Part shown: positions 26,648 to 34,087 of the stretch, in pieces
How positions within the stretch are numbered: position 1 is the first letter of the stretch
Layout of the letters: each line of letters begins with the position of its first letter
From: an uncultured Actinomyces sp.
GTDB lineage: Bacteria > Actinomycetota > Actinomycetes > Actinomycetales > Actinomycetaceae
Assembly (NCBI GenBank): GCA_916719935.1
Contig: CAKAPY010000001.1
Span: forward strand, 1 to 39,610
Reading direction: 5' to 3'
Length of the DNA stretch: 39,610 nucleotides
The notes under the pieces: generated by a model
What the model was told of the DNA's origin: nothing
The model's database searches: none
Seen by the model: only the letters and a program-made list of their open reading frames with translations
Made by a program: the position numbers and the translations under genes

Positions 26648-27571
26648 ATGCCCATCTCAAGAATCTCACTTTGGTCTCTCGTCAACCTTAAAAGGCTAGA
26701 TTTCGACCTAAACGTCATTCAACAGGGATGGGTGGCCCAAATCATCGAGGGTACGTTCGGTGATAAAACTAGCTTTAGTTTTACGGATGGTAATCTTACG
26801 AGCGTCGAGTCTTCAACTATCGACATCAACGTTCGTCTTACACCCGTAGTTACTATCACCGAGCGTACCCCCGAATCGATTCTTAATTTCCTTGCCGGAG
26901 TTGCTAGGAAATCTGAGGTAATTATAACCGATACAGACATTCCCGGTCTAAGTATTAAATACACGACCCAAAACGACGTATCGACCGCGACACTTTCAGA
27001 AACCCCCACTTCTAGCTGGTCTCAAGCATGTATCGTTAGGGAGATCAAGTATAACTATTCTGCAAATCCAGCCACAATCGAATTCACCATTTCAACAACC
27101 AAGCCTTTTCTAAGAGGCTCGGTTCTTGATTTTTACTATAAACTGAAAAATACACCTAAAGCCGACTCTTATTCTCAGTTTAGTACCATCTTTAATCGAC
27201 TAACAGAGTTGAATGTGCAGGGAGATATCGAGGGGTTAGCATTAGCACTACCTCCGGGCTACAAAGGCAATTCTGAAACTGTAAGTGTCAATAACTTCCC
27301 CTACAAAATGTACGTCCGCACCGAAGACGCGACCAAACCATGTGAAGCATGGATTCAAACATCTGCCCAAGGACGTAAATCATTCAGTTTTGTAGGGGGT
27401 GCGAACAGCATAACCTCATATGCATACATTGAAGACGCATACCCTATGTTTAGCGCCAATGTAGTCAGAGAAGTTATAGCTAACTACGGTGATAAGGGGT
27501 ATCAGATGGGGATGCCGATAGGAAAAGCAAGTTCCTGGGTTAGATTTGTACATATGAAACGAGGTCTGTAA
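26648..27571 (+). CDS. Putative distal tail protein
   Basis: First gene after TMP, ~307 aa; position-based. Confidence 0.55.
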   Translation: MPISRISLWSLVNLKRLDFDLNVIQQGWVAQIIEGTFGDKTSFSFTDGNLTSVESSTIDINVRLTPVVTITERTPESILNFLAGVARKSEVIITDTDIPGLSIKYTTQNDVSTATLSETPTSSWSQACIVREIKYNYSANPATIEFTISTTKPFLRGSVLDFYYKLKNTPKADSYSQFSTIFNRLTELNVQGDIEGLALALPPGYKGNSETVSVNNFPYKMYVRTEDATKPCEAWIQTSAQGRKSFSFVGGANSITSYAYIEDAYPMFSANVVREVIANYGDKGYQMGMPIGKASSWVRFVHMKRGL

Positions 27572-27574
27572 CCA

Positions 27575-28627
27575 ATGCCAACCACGGTACAAGTTCATAA
27601 ACCAAGGACTTCACAGTTTGACACCTACCCGGTCTTTGACCTTCTAATCAATCAAGATCTAAAGACCTCGTCTCTAAAATTTAGGTCTACCGATCCTAAC
27701 GCCCCTATTCCAGGTAGCCTAGTAGCCGTTTTTTCAGCAGCAAATTTGGCGTTCATAGTCGAATCCGTAACAACGGACTTCAACGGTGTCGTAGAGGTTA
27801 ACTGCATATCGGCCTGGGAGTTTCTAAAGCGTAGAAATTGGCAGTCGTATAGTAAAAGAGACAAGTTTAAACCCAGATCTGATGGTCAAACATACTATAA
27901 TTTCTTCAGATGGATGAATGCCGTTCCAAATCAGAGAATGGGTTTCAATTGGGCTAGCTCACTTCCTTATACGGATCTTAATGATGTAGACGTGGATCCG
28001 GCTACATCAGTTTATGATCTGGTATGCGATATGATTGCTAGCCGAAACCTAGCACTAGTTTCGACCATCGTACCTTACGCATCGAATTACGGAGTCACTG
28101 AGGTAGATCTAGCCCTTTTAGATCTAGATCGGAATACTTCATTCGTATCTATCGATGGTATGGATTACGTGAAAGCTTCGTTCACGAGAAGACTCCCCGA
28201 AAATCCAACGCACTGGACAATTATCGATACTTTAGATTCTGGGAATTATAAAGTTTCGTCTAGAGGCAACATTCGAACATGGAGGCAGAATCACGCGTAT
28301 ATGTTCGATAGCGGGGAGTACAAAGGTGCTTACCGTTACGAGACCGCCATTCAAGGTGATTCTAAGAAACAGTGGGGACCTCTTACTATTGGTATTAGGC
28401 CTGGAGAACTAAAGACATCGTCCGTTGAGGTTGATAAACTAAATAGCGATGACTTTGGTAATTTGACTATCGGGAGGCCTGTGTCATTCTCAGCTCTCGG
28501 TATGTTTGTTACAGGATATGTTATTAGTAGAACTATCAGTGGCGGTCAGATCACCAACTATTCGGTCAAGGTTCAACCAGATCACTTCTACAAAGATGGG
28601 AGGGACGTCACGGGAGAATGGATGTAG
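27575..28627 (+). CDS. Putative baseplate hub / minor tail protein
   Basis: Second gene after TMP, 350 aa; FIVESV...VNCISAWEFLKRR. Confidence 0.55.
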   Translation: MPTTVQVHKPRTSQFDTYPVFDLLINQDLKTSSLKFRSTDPNAPIPGSLVAVFSAANLAFIVESVTTDFNGVVEVNCISAWEFLKRRNWQSYSKRDKFKPRSDGQTYYNFFRWMNAVPNQRMGFNWASSLPYTDLNDVDVDPATSVYDLVCDMIASRNLALVSTIVPYASNYGVTEVDLALLDLDRNTSFVSIDGMDYVKASFTRRLPENPTHWTIIDTLDSGNYKVSSRGNIRTWRQNHAYMFDSGEYKGAYRYETAIQGDSKKQWGPLTIGIRPGELKTSSVEVDKLNSDDFGNLTIGRPVSFSALGMFVTGYVISRTISGGQITNYSVKVQPDHFYKDGRDVTGEWM

Positions 28628-28950
28628 GAAGACTTATCGAAGTCCTCCTGCCTTTGGGTTCAGCGCTTCTTGGTGGCTCGGGCTTATGGGCTTGGCTTCA
28701 AGCCAGATCCACCAAGCATCATGCCGTAGATGATCTTCTCATCGGCGTGGCTCGCTCGCAAATCATCACGCTCGGTCGGTACTACATCGAGAGGGGCTAT
28801 ATCCTAATCGATGAGTACGACGACTTTTACAACTACTTGTATAAGCCGTATGTCGAAATGGGCGGTAATGGATTGGGAAGAAGGATCTTCGAAGAGGTCG
28901 AAGATCTCCCAATGCTACCTAAAGGTAGCGACGGAAGGAAAGAATTATGA
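28618..28950 (+). CDS. Membrane protein (holin-associated)
   Basis: N-terminal hydrophobic helix; YLYKPYVEMGGNG; adjacent to holin. Confidence 0.6.
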   Translation: MDVGRLIEVLLPLGSALLGGSGLWAWLQARSTKHHAVDDLLIGVARSQIITLGRYYIERGYILIDEYDDFYNYLYKPYVEMGGNGLGRRIFEEVEDLPMLPKGSDGRKEL

Positions 28951-29267
28951 AGAACCATCACTACGATGCGCTCAAGAACGTTGCTCTGCTGTGGATCCCC
29001 GCACTGGCGACGTTCGTCAACACTGTTGGTATGGTGTGGGGAATTCCCTACACCAATGAGGTCACCGCTACCATCACGGCGCTGGGTGTTCTTATTGGAG
29101 CGGGTCTCAAGGTCAGTTCCAACAACTACACTCCACCCGTCGACGGAGACCTCGTCATCACCAAGCACGATGAAGTCTATGCTGATTTCCCGGCAGAGCC
29201 TTCCAAGCTTAATGATGGCGACACTATCACAATGAGGGTTACGAAGCCTTCCGGGACTTCAGACTAA
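28947..29267 (+). CDS. Holin (Dp-1-like)
   Basis: YDALKNVALLWIPALAT...WG.P...ITAL...G..LKVSS; two TM segments. Confidence 0.75.
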   Translation: MKNHHYDALKNVALLWIPALATFVNTVGMVWGIPYTNEVTATITALGVLIGAGLKVSSNNYTPPVDGDLVITKHDEVYADFPAEPSKLNDGDTITMRVTKPSGTSD

Positions 29268-29290
29268 TAAAAACACGGGCTATAGTGAGA
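29263..29290 (+). promoter_or_regulatory. Linear promoter motif variant (AC-ACGGGC-TATAGTGAGA)
   Basis: Matches AC-N6-TATAR consensus; start of cassette region. Confidence 0.6.
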
Positions 29291-29315
29291 TATATTCACT
29301 AGAAAGGAGCATCTC

Positions 29316-29603
29316 ATGCCCAACGTCGAACGCCTCTACGAACACGAGGACCTCGAGAACGAAGTTCTTAATTGGCTCGGCGGGGAAGACCCCTCCACAA
29401 ATGAATACACTACCGCTGTCGGTAACCTCGAAAGGCTGCATCGGCTCGCTAAAGATTCAGATCTTAAGCAGAAGCTGATCCCCTCTTCGGAGACTATCGC
29501 CAACGGGGCTGTTTATTTGCTGGGTCTCCTCGCCGTGCTCAATTACGAGCAGACTCACGTCCTCGCCTCGAAGGCATTCGGAATGCTGAAGTTCCGTCGC
29601 TAG
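29316..29603 (+). CDS. Small protein with C-terminal hydrophobic segment
   Basis: GAAAGGAG RBS, 95 aa. Confidence 0.75.
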   Translation: MPNVERLYEHEDLENEVLNWLGGEDPSTNEYTTAVGNLERLHRLAKDSDLKQKLIPSSETIANGAVYLLGLLAVLNYEQTHVLASKAFGMLKFRR

Positions 29604-29708
29604 AACTCTCAAAACCTATAACTCCAGAAAAACTGGGGTTATAGGTTTTTCTCGCAAAATCTACAACGAGCATAATGAGAACTAACAACCTCTATGAAAG
29701 GACTCATC

Positions 29709-29948
29709 ATGTTTGTTTACATCGCTCTCAGCGTTGCTATCATCGCCCTCGCGATCGTTTCGATCATCCTCTATTTCATGAATGCCCACTGCAAGATGCA
29801 GGACGAAGCCATTCACGAGCTCATGGCTCGCAACAATGCGCTTCGCACTCATATCGTGGTCGCTCATGAAATGGTCGTGCGCGAATCCGATTACACTCAG
29901 GCGTATCTCAGCAATGTTGTGTACCGACTCAGCATGTCTGAAGACTGA
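29709..29948 (+). CDS. Small membrane protein (cassette)
   Basis: GAAAGGA RBS; N-terminal TM helix then coiled-coil-like segment. Confidence 0.75.
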   Translation: MFVYIALSVAIIALAIVSIILYFMNAHCKMQDEAIHELMARNNALRTHIVVAHEMVVRESDYTQAYLSNVVYRLSMSED

Positions 29949-30055
29949 TTCAACACACAGCTCTCACCTATAACCCAAACACGGGTTATAGGCTTTATGC
30001 ACAAAATCTGCACGTCCTATAATGAGAACTACCAACCTCTATGAAAGGACCAAAA

Positions 30056-30343
30056 ATGTTCACCTACTCTCGTCTGCTTGACGTCTACTACATCTCCCCC
30101 GAGAACCTCCGTATGCTCGCGGTTGTTGCTGTGGTCGGCGCACTGCTGCTCGCGATCTTTGTCATTTCCGGTATCTGCGATTTCGTTCGTGGTCTCATCA
30201 ACCTTCCCAAGGAAAAGAAGGCTGCTGAAGAACTCAACGAACTTCGTTCGATCAAGGAGAAGTACAACGACCTGCGCGCGATCGTGCTCTCTGACCCCAA
30301 CCTTCGCTCTGCGTACGCTGAGCTTCTTGTGGATGGTGAGTGA
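30056..30343 (+). CDS. Small membrane protein (cassette)
   Basis: GAAAGGA RBS; TM segment LAVVAVVGALLLAIFVISG. Confidence 0.75.
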   Translation: MFTYSRLLDVYYISPENLRMLAVVAVVGALLLAIFVISGICDFVRGLINLPKEKKAAEELNELRSIKEKYNDLRAIVLSDPNLRSAYAELLVDGE

Positions 30344-30475
30344 TGTCACCGAGAAGTGACTTCATCCTCAGATTCACAGCTCTCACCTATAACCCAAAAC
30401 ATGGGTTATAGGCTTTTGCGCACTTTTTACAGTTCCTATAATGAGAAGATTACTCTCTACAAGAAAGGAACTACC

Positions 30476-30562
30476 ATGTTCACCCAGACCCTCATCGCCA
30501 TCGTCGGTATCGCTTTCTTCGCTGTCTCCACCGTGTTCTACTACGCACGTATGTTCAGCTGA
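30476..30562 (+). CDS. 28-aa hydrophobic peptide (cassette)
   Basis: Promoter motif plus GAAAGGA; MFTQTLIAIVGIAFFAVSTVFYYARMFS. Confidence 0.6.
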   Translation: MFTQTLIAIVGIAFFAVSTVFYYARMFS

Positions 30563-30706
30563 AAAGCAACCCTGATCTAATAGGGTCTAAAGGACATCTC
30601 TCCACCTTTAGACATCTCTCACCTATACACCTTACACGGTGTATAGGCTTTAAAAAAACACTTGTCCTATAATGAGAAGATTACTCTCTACAAGAAAGGA
30701 ACCCTC

Positions 30707-30967
30707 ATGTCTATCTCAACCCGTAACATTGCCCTCATTGCAACGTCAACCGCATCCATTGCGCTGCTCTACAGGTGTCTGTATCTGGCTGGCCTCGCGG
30801 AAGGCATTCGAAAGTCTCGTGACGTCGATATTCGACTGATTAAATTGGAGACTGCGATTGCTTACCGCAAGCGTATCAACCAGGTATTGGATATCTGTGT
30901 CGACAGCGGGATGGACGGTGACAGCTTGAAGGCTATCACTGAGATCACCAGCGGGCCTCTTACCTAA
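30707..30967 (+). CDS. Small protein with N-terminal hydrophobic segment (cassette)
   Basis: GAAAGGA RBS, 86 aa. Confidence 0.7.
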   Translation: MSISTRNIALIATSTASIALLYRCLYLAGLAEGIRKSRDVDIRLIKLETAIAYRKRINQVLDICVDSGMDGDSLKAITEITSGPLT

Positions 30968-31067
30968 CATCTCTCACCTATAACCCAAAACACGGGTTAT
31001 AGGCTTTTTACTCGCAAAAATAACCTGCCCTATAATGAGAACCAACCCCTCCTGAAAGGACACTACC

Positions 31068-31283
31068 ATGTCTGTCAAGATCCCTCTCTCTTACGCTGTT
31101 GCTGGCGCATTCAGCATCTTTGCGCTCTCCGCCGCCTACGGAATGGAGTGGCAGAAGAAGTACTACAAGAAACTCTTCAAGCTCTCCTTCACCTCCAAGG
31201 ACGAGATGACGCGCAAGTTTGCTAACCAGCTCATCTTCGAGGATCTTCGCATTCAGCTCGAACCTCCCACAAAGGAAGACTGA
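31068..31283 (+). CDS. Small membrane protein (cassette)
   Basis: GAAAGGA RBS; N-terminal TM then basic patch. Confidence 0.75.
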   Translation: MSVKIPLSYAVAGAFSIFALSAAYGMEWQKKYYKKLFKLSFTSKDEMTRKFANQLIFEDLRIQLEPPTKED

Positions 31284-31372
31284 CCTCTCACCTATACACC
31301 TTACATGGTGTATAGGCTTTCACATTTTTTACGTAGACTATAATGAGAACCAACCCTATGAAAGGACCCATT

Positions 31373-31606
31373 ATGTCTACCATCGTCACGTTCCTTGTTG
31401 GTGTCATCGCCGTCGTTCCATTTTGGTGCGCGTTCGGTGCTATCCTCCACGCATTTGACCTCGATCAGAAAATCTACGAGATTTGGACCGACGTCTTCGA
31501 GTGGAAGCTGATCCCCGTTTACGCTCTCATCATCATGTTCCTACTCCCGGCGATCGGTGCCTACACCATCGTGAAGGTCGCGTTGGACAAGACGTTCAAC
31601 CGTTGA
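31373..31606 (+). CDS. Small two-TM membrane protein (cassette)
   Basis: GAAAGGA RBS; two hydrophobic segments. Confidence 0.75.
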   Translation: MSTIVTFLVGVIAVVPFWCAFGAILHAFDLDQKIYEIWTDVFEWKLIPVYALIIMFLLPAIGAYTIVKVALDKTFNR

Positions 31607-31709
31607 TCTCAAACCTATAACCCAAACACGGGTTATAGGCTTTCTGGATTACTGCCGCAAAAAATACTCCTCCTATAATGAGAACTAACCCCTCAAGAAA
31701 GGAACCCTC

Positions 31710-31901
31710 ATGTCCAAGTCTACCGAAATCGAAGAGACCCCCGAGAAGGCCCCTCTCCTGAACCGCATCAGCGATTTCGCTGAGAAGAGTATCCCCGTCG
31801 CTAAGGCTGCTGCCCTTGGCTCGGTCGCACTCTTTCTCGGCGGACTCACTGTCCTGTCGTTCACAAGCAAGGGCGATTCGGACTCCGACTCGGAAGAGTG
31901 A
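31710..31901 (+). CDS. Small membrane protein (cassette)
   Basis: GAAAGGA RBS; C-terminal TM and acidic tail. Confidence 0.75.
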   Translation: MSKSTEIEETPEKAPLLNRISDFAEKSIPVAKAAALGSVALFLGGLTVLSFTSKGDSDSDSEE

Positions 31902-31976
31902 CATCTTCCTCTGAGATCAATCTCACCTATACACCTTACATGGTGTATAGGCTTTTTCATGAAAAGGAGCAATATC

Positions 31977-32453
31977 ATGATCAAGCGTAAGGTCTACAAT
32001 ATCGATGAGGTTGACACGTCCATCCCTCCGGGCGGTATTGTGTCGATTTCTCCATACTGCAGTCACCCCTTCCCAGCTAATAAGCTGGAGATGCTTGCTA
32101 TGGGTATCTTCATCGAGAAGTATATTAAGGGATTCCCGGTTCATATGTACAGCGGACACACGTTTAATCATGACGACGTCAGTTTTAGGAACTCTAGTGG
32201 CGCGCAAATCGTGATTAACCGAGATTATGCTGATGAACCTGGGGTCTCATACGCTGTAGTCCCGTACCGCGTAGCTAGCTCGGCGGATAGGACTGCGTTT
32301 GCTAAGAACTTTGTCATTGTGGACAAGAGTCTCAGCACTATCGATTACCTCTCGGTCCCGTCCATCAATGTCGGAGCAGATGCTCGTTTCATCCCGATTC
32401 GAGCGGAATCTATCATCGACCGCGACCTCCTCTTCGCAATCAATTCTCTCTGA
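31977..32453 (+). CDS. Hypothetical protein
   Basis: AAAGGAG RBS directly after hairpin. Confidence 0.7.
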   Translation: MIKRKVYNIDEVDTSIPPGGIVSISPYCSHPFPANKLEMLAMGIFIEKYIKGFPVHMYSGHTFNHDDVSFRNSSGAQIVINRDYADEPGVSYAVVPYRVASSADRTAFAKNFVIVDKSLSTIDYLSVPSINVGADARFIPIRAESIIDRDLLFAINSL

Positions 32454-32466
32454 AAGGCAAACTACA

Positions 32467-32679
32467 ATGGAAACCTTCGGCACCATCATCATGCTCATCA
32501 TCATCCTCGCCTTCGTCACCTTCATGATGATCATCAACGCGATCTCCAAGATCCTCGGCGGAGGTACTGGCAAGATCGCCGCTACTGGCTTTATCGGCTT
32601 CCTCCTTCTCAAGGCCTTCGGCCCGAAGTTTGAGAAGTACATCGAGGAATACCGCAACCGCAATAACCAGAACAAGTGA
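32467..32679 (+). CDS. Small two-TM membrane protein
   Basis: GAAAGG RBS; 70 aa, hydrophobic. Confidence 0.7.
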   Translation: METFGTIIMLIIILAFVTFMMIINAISKILGGGTGKIAATGFIGFLLLKAFGPKFEKYIEEYRNRNNQNK

Positions 32680-32706
32680 CACACAACTGAAAGGAAGCAT
32701 CTAACC

Positions 32707-33441
32707 ATGAATCTCAAGTACATCGCCAAAAGCGTCCTCAACTGGTGCAAGGCGAACCCCCAAATCTTCATCACCGGACTCGGTGTTGCCTCTGCAATCG
32801 CCACCTCCATCACTTCTGGCAAGTGCCACGTTAAGGCTGTCAAGGCCGACGAACTTGCTCCCTCTGACAACCTTCTCGACTTCGCTAAGCGCAATTGGAA
32901 GTGCTATGTCCCGGCAGCCATCTCCCTGGGCGTTACTATCTTCGCGTTTGGAGCCCTCCACGGAGCTACCGACAAGAAGTACCAGGCCCTAGCGGCCGCA
33001 TATTCGGTCTCCCAGCTTGATCTCTCCGAGCTCAGGAGCCGTATGGCCGAGCAGGTGAAGGTCCTCAAGGAGGGGGCTACCGAAAAGGACAAGGAAGTGG
33101 CCACCAAGAAGCTCCCAGACAGCACTATGGTCATTTTCGGTGACGAGCAGGTGCTCTGCGTGGACGCTATCACCGGTCGACGCTTTCGATCGACCCCTGA
33201 GCTTCTTCGAAAGTACTGCAATAACATCTCGGAAGACCTTCTGAACTACGGCGCCTGCCCTCTGAACGATTTCTACTCCCAGATCAATCTGAGCCCTGTC
33301 GATGTTGGCGACGAGCTCGGATGGGAAGGAGGACAGAGCATCACTCCTCAGTTCATGCCCGTTATCACAGATAGCGGCTCTCCCGCGATTAAGGTTGCGA
33401 TCAGTCCCGCTCCGAAGCCGAATTGGTTCAAGATCGGTTGA
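32707..33441 (+). CDS. Conserved phage membrane-associated protein (paralog of 36465-37361; DUF6353-like by recollection)
   Basis: N-terminal hydrophobic segments, ALAAAY, LNDFY...LGW. Confidence 0.7.
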   Translation: MNLKYIAKSVLNWCKANPQIFITGLGVASAIATSITSGKCHVKAVKADELAPSDNLLDFAKRNWKCYVPAAISLGVTIFAFGALHGATDKKYQALAAAYSVSQLDLSELRSRMAEQVKVLKEGATEKDKEVATKKLPDSTMVIFGDEQVLCVDAITGRRFRSTPELLRKYCNNISEDLLNYGACPLNDFYSQINLSPVDVGDELGWEGGQSITPQFMPVITDSGSPAIKVAISPAPKPNWFKIG

Positions 33442-33572
33442 AGAGCCGTGACCAAGAACAACACGGTCACATTCACGGACGAGCCAATAGAGTACACTGA
33501 CCCACCCGAATCCTGGCCGAGCAAAAATAACGCGTCCTATAATGAGAACTAACCCTCAAGAAAGGACCCACT

Positions 33573-33671
33573 ATGTTCGCATTCGGATTCATGCTTGGTT
33601 TCTTCGGCATGTGCTCTGCCTTAGATCCCAACCGTCTTCGGAAGAAGCAACTCAAGAAATCCAAGAATTGA
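33573..33671 (+). CDS. 32-aa peptide (cassette; below ORF-track cutoff)
   Basis: Promoter motif, GAAAGGA RBS; MFAFGFMLGFFGMCSALDPNRLRKKQLKKSKN; followed by hairpin. Confidence 0.65.
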   Translation: MFAFGFMLGFFGMCSALDPNRLRKKQLKKSKN

Positions 33672-33764
33672 GACATTCTCCCTCTATACACCTTACATGG
33701 TGTATAGGGCTTCAAAAATACGCAGGATATAATGAGAACCAACCCCCTCCTGAAAGGACTCATT

Positions 33765-34016
33765 ATGTTCAACCGTGTCACCGGACTTTCTCTCCTTGTT
33801 GTCTCCGCTGGATCCATCGCATACCAGTTGGTTAAGCAGCATCGTGAAAACGTCGAAGCCGAACGCCGTGCACGCATTGAAGTTGATCAAATCATAAATC
33901 AGCTCAAAGAATTCAATGCAAGCATTGCCGAAGGCCCGTCGATCTACGAAATGCTTGACCATTTCGGCGAAGGATTCAACAACAACGGGAAGCTCTCTCC
34001 TGGTCTGAACAGCTGA
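33765..34016 (+). CDS. Small membrane protein (cassette)
   Basis: GAAAGGA RBS; N-terminal TM then coiled-coil-like segment. Confidence 0.75.
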   Translation: MFNRVTGLSLLVVSAGSIAYQLVKQHRENVEAERRARIEVDQIINQLKEFNASIAEGPSIYEMLDHFGEGFNNNGKLSPGLNS

Positions 34017-34087
34017 CCTACCATATTCTCACCTATAACCCAAAACACGGGTTATAGGCTTTCACAACCCCCTGAAAGGACACCACC

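Larger units (their letters stand above)
29653..33737 (+). promoter_or_regulatory. Nine linear promoter-like repeats, consensus CRCA-W6-AC-N6-TATAATGAGA
   Basis: Hexamer starts at 29671 (CATAAT), 30018, 30437, 30668, 31031, 31339, 31674, 33538, 33728; each followed by GAAAGGA and an ATG. Confidence 0.8.
29611..34058 (+). repeat. Ten dispersed hairpin repeats CCTATA-stem-loop-TATAGG
   Basis: 29615-29645, 29967-29992, 30386-30412, 30622-30647, 30977-31003, 31291-31316, 31614-31639, 31926-31951, 33684-33707, 34032-34058; each shortly after a stop codon. Confidence 0.9.

Noticed and set aside
33448..33552. 34-aa GTG-start ORF before the 33538 promoter
   Set aside because: No clear RBS and it runs through the promoter motif; possibly a remnant
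33542..33835. ORFs starting at the ATG inside TATAATGAGA (also 29675, 31343, 33732)
   Set aside because: That ATG belongs to the promoter motif; real starts follow the GAAAGGA RBS. Leaderless uORF use is not strictly excluded
29611..34058. CRISPR array or mini-array (palindromic repeats, Cas4-like gene in genome)
   Set aside because: Repeats are separated by whole genes of 200 to >1700 nt; no cas operon; stand-alone PD-(D/E)xK nucleases are common in phages
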